In this document: positions 25,860 through 37,889 of the stretch, piece after piece
How positions within the stretch are numbered: position 1 is the stretch's first letter
How the letters are laid out: each line of letters begins with the position of its first letter
Assembly (NCBI RefSeq): GCF_025526975.1
Contig: NW_026515701.1
Location: 62,001-126,000, forward strand
From: Fimicolochytrium jonesii
Lineage: Eukaryota
Direction of reading: 5' to 3'
DNA: 64,000 bases
Translations under genes and position numbers: made by a program
Notes under the pieces: generated by a model
Told to the model about the DNA's origin: nothing
Seen by the model: only the letters and a program-made list of their open reading frames with translations
Databases searched by the model: none

Positions 25860-26532
25860 CCCGGGATGGCAACGCCTTCGTTTGGTCGAAAAATGAGCAG
25901 CCACACCGACAAACATGGAGTTCATGAAAAACAAGGCAAGGCTTTTCGACGCGTTATGCACGCGTGAGTCATGCGCCAGGTAATTTGAGTTTTTCGACCC
26001 CCGACCAAAACATTTGCGGACCATTGATTGAATTTGAAGCGACTCGGGAGCCGGCGAGTATACGGTCGTGAATGCATGAAAGTATCATATCATGCAACAA
26101 GCCGCCGTCCTGACGTATTTCACCGATTCGCTCCACCATGCACCGGAGGGCCACTGCGGTGACTGCAGCAGCTCCAAGCCGGCCTTGGCGCCTACAGGGC
26201 TGCCAGCATCAATCGTAACAAAATTTGAACCCCCGACTGGCAATGATCCGTGATCGCCCAGTGAACAACATTCCTTCCACAAATTCGAACCTCGTGGATG
26301 GTTTTGCCTACCACATGACGGTGGTGATCGCTAGTTTGGAACCTCGTGAGGTAATTTGTGTCCGTTGTTGGCGGGTTGTTGGCCCTGTGCGCCCGAGAGT
26401 CTACAACTCAAAAGACGCGATCCAACCCACAGTTTACTACCGCCCAAAGGATTTCTGGCAGGAAAGTTGCTCCTGGTTGGACCCTTGGAGGGCGGCGATG
26501 TTCATCCGGGTCTCCCATCCCGGAAGGAAAGC

Positions 26533-26581
26533 CTCCTGTGGACCTGTGGACTCCTGTGGACTCCTGTGGACTCCTGTGGAC
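26533..26581. repeat. 10-bp minisatellite (CTCCTGTGGA, about 5 copies)
   Basis: Directly visible tandem copies; one copy has a 2-nt deletion. Confidence 0.95.
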
Positions 26582-27071
26582 GCACGTTGAAAAGTGAGCT
26601 ACATATCTATCTCGATTCTCCAAGCTGTCTGCATGACGCATTGCGACAGGGATGGAGGGAGAAATTTGAAAGTTTAGAGGCTACTAGTAGTGATCAAGCC
26701 ACAACGGCTTTCCGAATTGCCTCCGGAGAGGATGATCGAAATTCATGGTCTACTGTCCATGTCATCGACGCCGCAGCCATTCAGACTCCGATTATTCAGA
26801 GTTGGGCCTGTTGAGAGCTAGAAGTGGGGAAGAGCGCAAGTGTGGAGTAGGGACGTGCGGTGGATCGTGGATATTTGGGAGAGTCTGAGGCCCTGAGAGG
26901 GAACGGTAGAAGTAGTCCTACTGACGCCGCATTACTCGTCAAAAAACGATGACAAAGAAGAGCCTGGGGCGATGAAAATCTTGCAAACCATCGCCCATTG
27001 CGCAGAGTGTTTGCGGCGTGCGCTACCGCTCGTTGCGTGGCCATCCCACCTTCCTCTTCCCCGGGCTCGCC

Positions 27072-27079
27072 TATAAAAG
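27072..27079 (+). promoter_or_regulatory. TATA box of the glucoamylase gene
   Basis: TATAAAAG about 100 bp upstream of ATG 27177 (context ACCACCATG). Confidence 0.6.
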
Positions 27080-27176
27080 CTGGGGGTTCGACGGTCAAGC
27101 CCTCGGTTCTGCATCCCATTCGAGCCCTCACATCACACCCCCACGCATCGCACATCCCGCGCACTCGCCAACCACC

Positions 27177-29370
27177 ATGCTCCTCAAAGCCACTACCACC
27201 CTCCTCTCCCTCTCGGCCTTCCTCTCCTCCGCCGTGAACGCTGCTGGCATCGTTCGACGCGCGGAAAACCGGGATGTTTCCGAGTGGCTCGCCGCAGAGG
27301 TCCCAATCGCAGTGGGCCGTATGCTCGCGCACGTGAATGACGATGGTGCCGTCGTAGCCGGCGCGGTGGCACCGTTCACGCCCGATGCTTACCAAGAGTA
27401 CTGGGTCCGTGATGGTGGTATGTATCGTGTTCTTCGCTCTTGTCATGCTCACAGCTGCTGATGGCCTTCGTTTCTCTATTTGCAATCACAGGCTTCACCC
27501 TTTTGGCGGTCATTGAAGACTACAAATCCGGAGGAGAAGACGCCAAGCGAGCGCAGACAGTGGTAGACAAAATGAATCGCCACTTCGAATGGACGAAAGC
27601 CGTCCAAGAAACTGCTCGGGTCACACCAGACAACAAGCACAATCCCGTCAACCCGGAACGGATGCCGGCATCCCTCCGTCTCGGATACACAAAATTCAGC
27701 TTGTCCACCAAACAGCCCGTCACCGACTGGGCGAACCCCCAATACGATGGCCCTGCCCTGCGAGCACTGTGCTTCATCCGTTGGGCGAACATCACGAAAG
27801 ATTACGCAAAATACTACAACTCGGACTCCAATGCTAAGAGCGTCATCAAGTCCGACCTGGAGGTCGTAGCTAATGCTCTGGACCAGGTCAATGGTATCGA
27901 GCCGTGGGAAGAGATTGTGGGCGTGCACTTCTTCGACCTTGCCATCTCCTACCGTGCATTGGTCGAAGGAGCCGACTTTGCTGCTGCACGTGGCGACGGC
28001 GGTGCCGCAGACTTTTACCGATCGCAGGCCGCCAAGGCGTTGAACAAGTTGAATGCGTTCTGGGACGGGAAGAAGTTCAAGTCAACTCTTAACGGCTCTG
28101 GAGGCGGTGCCAACGAAGGGGCGGTGCTTAAACAAAAGGTCAAGAATTTTATGGACATATCAACGGTTTACTCTTTCGTAAGTTCTCCTCAATGTACTCC
28201 TCAAGCTTTATGTTCAGACCTTCACAAGTGTTTCCCGTTAGAACCACGCTCTCTTGCCCACCTTCCCTCACACCAACCCGCAAGCCCAAGCTACCTTTTC
28301 CCAGCACCTCCGCGCGTTTACTACGCCAGAATTTATCCCTCAAGAGCAACCAAAAATCCCTTCCGTCTGGTGGGCCGGCATCAACTCGGAGCTGGACTTC
28401 AACGGGCGCCCTATCAACCCGGCCGTCGGACGATACCCCGAGGACATCTATGATGGCAAACTCTACCATGTACGTCTCTATTGATCTCCACTTAGAGACC
28501 TCGAAAACTCGTTCGTGTCAACTCTAACTCTATCTGTTTTGATTTACCTTCTAGTACCAGGACACAAATGGGGCTGGGTTCTGGTTCCTCGCGACGAACG
28601 CCATGGCTGAATTCCTCTACAGGGCGGCGGACGCACATTACACGTCCGGAGTGATCGAGATTACCGACGTTAACCGGGAATTCTGGAACCTGATCAAGGT
28701 TCCCGGCGTAACCGGCAACAGGCGCATCACCTTGGCAGCTGAACCGGGGCTATTCAACGACGCCGTGGCGCGCCTCGTCGACCACGGTGACCGTTTCCTT
28801 CGCCGCACCCAGAAGCACACCGACAAGGACGGCTATCTATCCGAGCAGCTTAGGGCCGACAACGGGTTCCAGCAGGGCCCCGCAGACCTCTCGTGGTCGT
28901 ACGCTTCGGTGGTTACTGCCGGCGTTGCTCGTCGGGCCGCGCTGGCGCACATCGGGAACGTAGCTACTCCGGTCGACACGTGTGCCGTGGTAGCGGACAA
29001 CAAAAAGGTGGACTGCCACCCTGACCCGAATGTCACGGTTGGGTCCTGCCTGTTGAAGGGCTGCTGCTGGCAGAAGAGCACCATCCAGGGAGTCCCCTGG
29101 TGTTTCAACCCCAGCCCGTTGGTGGTTGACCCTCCGGCGCCCTCGACAGTCGTCCCCTCCCCGACCTCGACAGTCATCCCTCCCCCGACCTCGACAGTCA
29201 TCCCCACATCGACCCCGACCCCCAGCCCGAAGTCGTGCAACTTGCAGGACGCCGCCAAGAAGGATTGTGGATATGCGGGTATCAACGAAAGCCAATGTGT
29301 CGCCAAGGGTTGTTGCTGGAAGCCCAGCACCCCTAACTCCAAGACGCCCTGGTGCTTCGTTGCGGCTTGA
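27177..29370 (+). CDS. Secreted GH15 glucoamylase with two C-terminal trefoil (P-type) domains
   Basis: Signal peptide, WVRD, PQYDGPALRA, EPWEE (catalytic acid), VGRYPEDIY, LSEQ (catalytic base) and DLSWSYA. Two 6-Cys C..C..C..GCCW..PWCF modules follow, separated by a Pro/Thr linker. Confidence 0.92.
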
Positions 29371-29687
29371 GCGTCAAGTCCCGCGTCATTTCTGAAACCT
29401 TGTCGACCATATGTAGACTCATCTCTAGATCCCTCGTTCTTAAACTTCCTTGCGCATTGCCTGGACGTCGTTTACTGTACATTCTGTAGCGTCTCCCTCT
29501 GTTTCATGTGTCATACCTTAGTGCAGTACATTCATCCTTTTGTGTTGTTGTTGTCATCCGACTTCACCATTACTTACGAACAGTCCAAGCGCTCTTCCAT
29601 CTACATGTGATTCTGTCACTCTCCAATCGACCTGGAACTGCCTGTCAGTGGCTTATGTGGCTTTGACGGAGAATCCTGCGCCTCTTC

Positions 29688-29694
29688 TGACTCA
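29688..29694. promoter_or_regulatory. Candidate Gcn4/CpcA (AP-1-type) site
   Basis: Perfect TGACTCA about 325 bp upstream of the SER3 ATG. Confidence 0.45.
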
Positions 29695-30018
29695 TCCGCT
29701 TTTTGCGCAGCGGATCCCCAATTGCTGATGCGGTACCGTGCAAGGGTCCGAGTGTCGCGCAGTTCCCACATGCGAGCCGGATTGATGAGAGTCCTGACTG
29801 TGATGAATCGCTGATGACAATCTGGCAGCAACGGTCAATTTTTTGGGAACCCGTCCGGAGCCCATTTTTTGGGATGACATCGATCTCCTCAAGTCCTCAC
29901 GGCTCAGCAGCCAGTTTTTAACATTTCGTCCGCCAACTGCACCTCCCGTTCCTGCAACGCAATTTCATTAGCTGTACCGTATTCCGCATAAGCCCTTCAC
30001 TTCTCAAGCGACGCAACA

Positions 30019-31740
30019 ATGACCACAGCAGCAGCATCCTCCACCGCGACTTCCACGGCAAGCAGCTCGCCTGCAAAGAACCCCCCAACTGCAAGGCAGT
30101 CCGTACCCAAAATCCTCAAACCTTTCGATAATGCCGAAGTCAAAGTTCTGCTACTTGAAGGTGTCAACCCGACCGGAATAAAGCTGCTGGAGAAGGCTGG
30201 TTACCAGGTACGTCTTGCGCCCAATCTCGCTTGAACATCCCGAAGGAAGGCGAGTCAGAGGAGCGAGGTAGGGCGGAGGGTTGCTCCGAAGGCCCGGGAA
30301 CGGCGAGAAAGGCCTTGCGACGGCAAGCGCTCAAGGCGTTGGCGCATGCGCATGAATGCTCCCGCATATGCAAAGTAGCCTCTGTTGCAAGAATGCCGTT
30401 ACGCCCATTGCATTTCGGTTGTGCTCCGAACTTACGCAAACTGTGTCACAGGTCGAATGCCACTCCAAAGCCCTCCCACTGGAAATCTTGAAGGAGAAGA
30501 TTAAGGATGTCCACGCGATCGGTATTAGGTGTGTTATGTGTTTTGACGTACTTGAGTGTTGCTCCCTGCTCTAGGATCTAATCTTTCACCGTTCACAAGG
30601 TCAAAGACGCAGCTTACTGCTGAAGTACTGGCGGAAGCCAAAAAGTTGCTCGTTGTCGGTTGCTTCTGCATTGGAACGAATCAGGTCGACCTGGAATACG
30701 CCGCCTCGCAAGGCATCGCAGTCTTCAACTCTCCCTTCAGCAACAGCCGCAGTGTAGCAGAGTTGATGATCTGCGAGATCATTGCTCTTTCCAGGCAGTT
30801 GGGAGACCGGACTACGGAGATGCATCAAGGCATGTGGAACAAGACTGCGAAGGGATGCAATGAGATCCGTGGCAAAACTCTTGGCATTGTTGGTTACGGG
30901 CACATCGGATCGCAGTTGTCCGTCATCGCAGACGGACTTGGCATGTTTGTCAGCTTCTACGACATTCAACAAATCATGCCCTTGGGAATGGCGAAACCCG
31001 TCGACACGCTGGACGAGCTGCTCACCACCGCTGACTACATCTCCCTGCACGTTCCCGAAACCGAGGAAACGAGGAATATGATTGGCGCCCGGGAGCTCAA
31101 GCTCATGAAGAAGGGCTCCTACCTATTGCAAGCGTCACGAGGAACCGTCGTTGACATTCCTGCCCTTGCGGAAGCACTCCGCAGCGGCCACCTTGGTGGT
31201 GCCGCCATTGATGTTTTCCCCGTCGAGCCCTTTGCCAACGGACCCAACTTCGAGAGCGAACTTAGGGGATGCCCGAACACAATTATCACTCCTCATATCG
31301 GTGGATCCACTGAGGAAGCTCAGAGCTCGATTGGAACGGAGGTTGGAAGCGCCATGGTGAGGTATATCAACAACGGTACCACTCAGGGCGCTGTCAACTT
31401 CCCGGAGTGCGATTTGCGTGCTCCTGCCGCGGAAAGCAAGACTGTACGCCTACTCAACACTCACCACAATGTTCCTGGTGTGCTCAAGGTAGGTTTTGCG
31501 CTTACCCTCCCGTTTCAACCACTTCCTACCACCTTACTTACCATTCTCCTCCAATCTTCATAACAGGCAATCAACAAAATCTTGTCGGACATCAACATCG
31601 AGAAGCAAATCGTCGACTCTCGAGGCGCCATTGCATACTTGATGGCCGACATCAGTGTTGAAGATGTTGCCTCCTACCAAACCATATACGACAGGGTACA
31701 AGCTCTGCCTCAGAACATCCGCACGAGGCTCTTATATTGA
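30019..31740 (+). CDS. SER3: D-3-phosphoglycerate dehydrogenase
   Basis: LKPF..VKVLLLEGVN, GCFCIGTNQVDL, AVFNSPFSNSRSVAEL, GKTLGIVGYGHIGSQLS, TPHIGGSTEEAQ, ACT domain HHNVPGVL, and the end RTRLLY*. Confidence 0.97.
30208..30451 (+). other. Long, structured intron 1 of SER3 (candidate cis-regulatory RNA)
   Basis: GTACGT...CAG, 244 nt against about 60-120 nt for neighbouring introns, with several complementary segments (see findings). Confidence 0.55.
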
Positions 31741-32067
31741 GCTGTAGCTGAACCTGAGAAAAATGCCTGACCTCTCCCACCCCGACTGGTAAATCAAAAT
31801 ACTGTGGCAGGAACCCGCTTTGCGGTTATGATGGAGCACATTCTGTCCTATGCGTATTGTACATGGATTTATTTTCTTATACATTCATCTGGCATTGCCA
31901 CCGCTACTATGTCTGAAGTTGGCTTTCACCAAGAAGGTGAGGTTTGGGTCATTGCCCGGCGTGTGCGAGACGCGCTTGGAAAATTCCCGGACATCGCTGT
32001 GAGTTTTGACAAAGTCAGATCCAGCTTTTTTTGTGCAAACATCCTCACTCAGGAAATCACAAACACT

Positions 32068-33510
32068 ATGGCCTCTACAATACAACCAGCAGCAGCGTCA
32101 AGCTCAGAAGGCGCCAGCCCAGCGGGTGCTACTGATGGCGGCAAAGTGCCAACGGTGGTGATAACCATCGGCATGGCCGGCAGCGGGAAGACCACGTTCA
32201 TGCAGGTACTTTCAATTTGGAGGTCTCATTCGCAAGTCAGCAACACGGAACTCATGTCTCTTCATTCGCAAACAGAGGCTGAACTCGCATATCCACACCC
32301 TCAAAAGACCTGGATACGTCCTAAATTTGGATCCGGCCGTTACGCAGCTGCCGTTTGCGGCGAATATCGATATCCGGGATACGGTGAACTATAAGGAGGT
32401 TATGAAGCAGTAAGTAGGGTGACCATGTCCAAGGCGGGTTGGAGAGGGAGGAGTGCAGTATGATGGGGATTTGGGGATGTTTGATAGGGTATGCAGCAAG
32501 TGAGAAGCGTTGGCTAAAGTTCGGCATGCTCAGATATAACCTTGGACCGAACGGTGGTATTCTCACAGCGTTGAACCTCTTTACGACCCGGTTCGACCAG
32601 GTCCTTGGACTCCTCGAAAAGCGGGCATCAACATTAGAGTAAGTGCTTTGCACCTTTGTGAACGGCATGCAGTGTCAAAGGGATCTCAAGCTCTGTCTTT
32701 CTCCCAGCTACGTATTACTAGATACACCCGGCCAAATCGAAATCTTCACCTGGTCCGCCTCCGGAACCATCATCACCGACACCCTCGCCGCCACGTACCC
32801 CACCGTCATCGCCTACGTAATCGACACCCCCCGCTCCACCTCCCCCGCCACCTTCATGTCCAACATGCTCTACGCCTGCTCGATCCTGTACAAGACCAAA
32901 CTCCCCTTTGTGCTCGTGTTCAACAAAACCGATGTGGTCGCTCACGATTTCGCGGTGCAGTGGTTGACGGATTTCGAGGTGTTCCAGGCGGCGCTGCAGG
33001 ATGATACCTCGTATATGGGCGGGCTGGTTAGCTCGATGTGTCTGGTGTTAGAGGAGTTTTATAAGGGGATTAGGGTTGCGGGGGTGTCGGCTATGACGGG
33101 CGCGGGGATGGATGATTTTATGGCGGCGGTCGAGGAGGCGAAGCAGGAGTATGAGACGTAAGTGTCTGAACTTCCGTCAGTGAGGTTGTTTCTGGAAAAC
33201 TGTTGAAACTGACGAGTGACCCTGAATCTAGTGAATACAAGCCCGAACTGGACCGTCTCCTGCAACAACGGCAGGCACGAGAGGAGGAGAAGAGGCAAAA
33301 GAGCCTGGAGAAGTTGCTGAGCGATATGAAGCTGGAAAAGGGGAAAGAGGTGGATCTGGAGGCCATGAATCAATGTACGTTTCTGCCTCTGAGACGCGTG
33401 GATAATAGTTTATCGCAGTGGCGTCTCTCCAACTGACTGTGCATGCTATTTGATTTCTCATGAAAACAGATGTGGAGCCTGAGAAGGATGAGGACAGCGA
33501 CGACCAATAG
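32068..33510 (+). CDS. GPN1: GPN-loop GTPase 1 (Npa3/XAB1)
   Basis: [66 protein letters not shown] and FNKTD. Confidence 0.96.
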
Positions 33511-33999
33511 GGACCCCAGGGCATACACAGAGCCTGCACACAGAAAACCACGAGTCATCCCCAAAGTCCTGGTGGACTTCCTTGCTTACGCGAAACAAAC
33601 ACATATGAAGCTTGCGCTCCCATCCAAGCAGTCCCCCAGCATTGCGCACCTATTCATCTTCAACCGAAACGCCGCCTCTGGAATCCTGCCACACCCGTGC
33701 ACATGGTGGACTGCACGTGAGGCAGACTGACAGGCGTAAACGAGCCGAGCTCTAATAGTCTAGGACGTAGCCACACTGATGTGTAGCTAGCATCCCAGTT
33801 TGCGCTTGATGTGAATTGAAGCGCCGTACGTCGCTTATAATATCTCATATATAATCGGCCTCTCCATGCGATCTGAGCCATGGCTTTCATGGGGGATGTT
33901 CCGTCCCCATTTTTCTCACCGAAGTCAGGCGTCGGCCAATCGCTCACCTTCCACAAACTGGGGTCTTCAACTTTAGGCCACGTATATTTTTAAAAGTCT

Positions 34000-36135
34000 T
34001 CAAGCAATACACCCAAGAGATCGGGCGGCATCAAGAGAGGATAGTTGATCTGCGTTTGCAGGGTTTGTATGAGAGCCCGACGGAAGAGGAGGTATTTCGG
34101 GTCGGCGGCTGCGAATTCTGTAATAACGAAGGACGCCCAAAATCATTATGAGTAGCCGTCCCTTTGAGTTTGAGTAAGGCAACGAATGGTGTCCAATGAA
34201 CCTACCCTCCTCATCGAACCGTAAGTCCTGTGGGAATAAGCCACTGCTACTCCTCGGAAAACATTTCACCGCGACAGCGTCGACTGAATGCAGGGCCGCA
34301 CTGCCCAATGTCGTAGCGACGAGTGACACCATGCGCGGCCTGAACGGGCTCGGAGCATCGGTTGCCGGTGTTGCGGCAATAGACGCGGAGCTCGGGCCCG
34401 GATCGTGGAGGAGTGTTCTAACTGAGGCCGTGGCAGAGGCAGGTGTTTGTGGTGGCTGGAGGGTAGATGTGGAGTAGTTTGCTTCGGACGGGCTGCGTAG
34501 GTTGTGGAGATTGCTGCGCTGCAGGGGCGTAACCGGGGATGTGGCGGATGCCATGGAGCGCCGGATGGAGCCGGATCGCGAGCGGGTGTCGACCATGGGG
34601 GGGCCTGATGAGGGAGATTGTGGCGGCGGGGAGACTATGGAAGGAACATGGGTTAGTCTCTGATGTCTTTGCGAGTTCTCTAATACCGACAGGAGAGTGA
34701 CAATACATACTCGGGCTCGTCATTCCGGCAGACAGCTGCTTGACGATCGTCTGTGAGATGAGAGTCTGCGCTCTAGCTCGACCCTGCGGGTAGAACTGAG
34801 GCGTTTCGGCCGGCGGTCCACCTTGTCCAGTAAACGTGGGCAACAGATGTGGCGCCTTTTGCGGCTCAGCAAAGAAGATCTTTCCAGCTTCCGCCGGGCT
34901 CTGCACTACTTCGTCTTGCCCAAACTGATGCTTTCGCGCAAACGCGGATGCTGGGTTCGTATGCGCGTGCGATGCAGCTCCCGGTATTGACAATTTAGGT
35001 GGACCAGTACTTAGACGCGGTGGAAGTGAAGATGCGGAGCTTTGACGTGATACCCCGGTGCGCAATGCGTGCATTGCGCTGTCCGCTTCCGCATTGCCTG
35101 TGGAATCTCTTTGTTGACCATCCACGGGGTTGTTCATGGCCATCGACGCCCGGGTAGATGGTGCGACGGATGACGGCGCGGTCTGCATGGGTGCGAAAGG
35201 CGATATAGGGCCAGTACCTGGCGGTCGAGACATGGACGCGCGCGCGGAGGACCCTCCGGACGCATTGACAAATGGAGAGGCAGGCAAACCTGACGTGGAT
35301 CGGGGCATTCCCGGGGACCCAGAGGAGGTCATGGAGGTTGCTCGCATCAGTCCCATCCTCAGGGCTTGCATCGCGGCATCTGCGCCTTGTTGATCAAGCG
35401 CCCTTGTCGGTGTCTGCGGAACCAATCCACGACCACCGGGCCCGCCAGATTCTGGAACGTCTCCACCGATAGATGATTGGCTTGGGGATTGCGACATGCC
35501 CCGAAAGCCTGGGCCAGCAGTGGATTCGCTTCGTGCAAGGCCGGTCGCACGGGTTTGCAGGGCCATCTCAAACTCACTTCGACGCCTTTCCAGCTCTGCC
35601 GCCTCCTCTGGATTCATGGGCTGAATCCGTAGATACTCGGGGATCGTGGTAGTCGGGCTAGGCGCAGCGTACACCCCACTATATGGGTCGCTGCTCACGC
35701 TACCGCGATGCGTCGGCCCAGGAGCCCTCGACTGTGACTGCGAGCTGATACTCGCGCGTGCACTTGCAAAGGGAGACTTCGGTAACCCTGCGGCTGGTTT
35801 CGCCCCCGCCGCTGCCGCCGCTCCAAACGGCGATTGGGGTCGGTTGCCAGACATAGCGTGGCGAATTTCTTGCGAAGTTACGTCCTCCAACTATTAGAAC
35901 TTCCGTTTCCGAACTCAAACTCCGTGGTCCATGTGCCGAGTCCCACACCTCTCGTCCAGTGCTGCGTCCAGTGTACAGTACTTCTCTTCCCAGTGGGAAT
36001 CCTTCACTGGGAAAAGTCGTTCAAGATGTCGGCAATCACGTCGCGTGTGTTGCCTGTGCTTCCCAAACTCTTTCCAATATGCCTTTCGTAGCGAATATCG
36101 AACAAAAACGAACTCCCTCCATGTTGAGCGTCCAT
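34000..36135 (-). CDS. Hypothetical low-complexity Ser/Pro/Ala-rich protein (multi-exon)
   Basis: A 490-codon open frame (34418-35890) is joined by a predicted intron (about 34637-34710) to ORF 34000-34596. SPF motifs recur. The 5' exon (MDAQHGG...) and the 3' end are uncertain. Confidence 0.5.
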
Positions 36136-36399
36136 AAACCACGTCCATAAACGTTGCAGCCAAGTCTAGTAGATAAGGTCAAGTCTAAAAAAAGGGAACT
36201 CAACGCAAAACGGCAACGGCAAAAATATCATTGAAGGTCACCTACAATCACGTGACTGTGCCTTTATAATCCTTTCCGCCAAAGTGGATTGGTTTCTTTC
36301 CGCCCAAGCTGCCCAACACTTGGAAAGATCGCCGACATCCCATCGACCTCGCTATCCGCTTGCCACGACACATCACCATTCTACAGTCTACTTGTCACC

Positions 36400-37354
36400 A
36401 TGACCGATACCGAAGTTCTTCCCACTAGCTCCTCGCCTATCCCAACTGACGACGAAACCCACGATCACCCACCAAGCTCAGACACCGGCTTCACCTCGTC
36501 CGAAAACCCTTTTCTCTCCCACAGCCCAGAACCCACCGACGACGACGACGAGTCTATGCTCACCGTCTTTGATAACCCCTCCAGCTTCAATGTGAAGCAT
36601 CCGTTGCAAAATCGTTGGACTTTGTGGTTCGATAACCCACAAAAACGTACGGGAATGCACAACTGGGAGAAGAGCTTGAAGAACCTGATCACATTCGACA
36701 CCGTCGAGGATTTCTGGGGGTATGACTTGCAAGGCTGCGCAAGACCTAATCTGCGCTTTCCATGTCACTCACGAACTCTCGTTTCCTAGGGTGTACAACA
36801 ACATTGTGAACTCGTCGCAGCTGGCTCACGGCGCAAACTACCACCTGTTCAAAGAAGGTGTGCGGCCAATGTGGGAAGACCCAATGAACGAAAACGGTGG
36901 CAAATGGGTTGTGCCGCTTCCCAAAGGCAAGAGGGATAATCTGGATGACTACTGGCTCCACACGGTACGGGGGATATGCAGCATCTTCAGACTTCCGAAA
37001 TACTGGAGCTGGATCTCATTCATTCTATCGCAACACAGATGCTCGCTTGCGTAGGCGAGAACTTCCCAGACTCTGACGAGATTTGCGGGGCCGTCGTTTC
37101 TATCCGTAAACAACAAGATCGCCTTGCTTTATGGACAAGAAATGCGCTGAAGGAGGATGAGACAAAGGCAGCTGGTACCATTTGGAAGACAGTGCTGCAG
37201 TTGCCCGACTCGGAAACAATCGGATACCAGGCTCACTCTGATGCGCTGAAGAAGAACTCCAGGTACGTCAGCTGTGACTTTGGGGTACACTCATAACCTC
37301 GGCTGATATCGCTCTCCTTATAGCTTCAGCAACTCGGACATGTATATTGTGTAA
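36400..37354 (+). CDS. eIF4E: Translation initiation factor eIF4E
   Basis: KHPLQNRWTLWFD, FDTVEDFWG, YHLFKEGVRPMWEDPMNENGGKW and ICGAVVSIRKQQDRLALWT. Confidence 0.97.
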
Positions 37355-37889
37355 TCACATTCTTCGCGATAACAAGCTATCTGTTCCCCGGGGAGTTGTG
37401 GCTGCGCAGATCGCGTTCCGGCAACATTCGCGCCGTCACTAGGCACCACAGCACAGTTGTTCCTGTTCCATATTTATTCATACCTGCGTGACGTTATGGG
37501 CGGAAACTTCTGAAGGGCTCGCAGGCCCCCGTGCGCGACCGTAGCCTCAACACGGTCGATTGGCACCCTTTTACTTGGCGTATGGTGGATCACAAAAGCG
37601 CGATCTATCTACATAAAGCCCCATTTCTTGGTCAGAAGCGCTGCTTCGCGTAAAGCTACGCCGTGCATAACATTTACTTCTGTATCGTAGCCCAATGCAT
37701 ATTGATTCTATTTGCAGTGTTATATGTATATGCACGCTTAGTCTCGATGATTGAAGGAATGTCATTTCTCAGTGGAACGGAGGCCTCTCTTGATCAACAG
37801 GACCTATACTTGTCGGGTACGTTCACCAGGGGCCTCTTCGCTCTTTCAAACGAGCCACGGACATAGCAGTCATCCGAAGATACATAGCA

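Noticed and set aside
25860..25875. RFX X-box upstream of the ciliary gene ARMC9
   Set aside because: Only a half site (ATGGCAAC) abutting the start codon, which is too weak.
26281..26293. tRNA B-box-like GGTTCGAA on the minus strand
   Set aside because: No cloverleaf, acceptor stem or A-box could be built.
25960..26900. Possible transposon or gene remnant in the long intergenic region
   Set aside because: No terminal repeats, transposase or RT motifs, or recognisable protein; only a 10-bp minisatellite.
30238..30338. Canonical bacterial glycine riboswitch (CCGAAG twice, CTCAAGG)
   Set aside because: The GGAGAG and CUCAGG consensus elements and the tandem aptamer layout are not matched. 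It is kept only as an unclassified structured RNA candidate.
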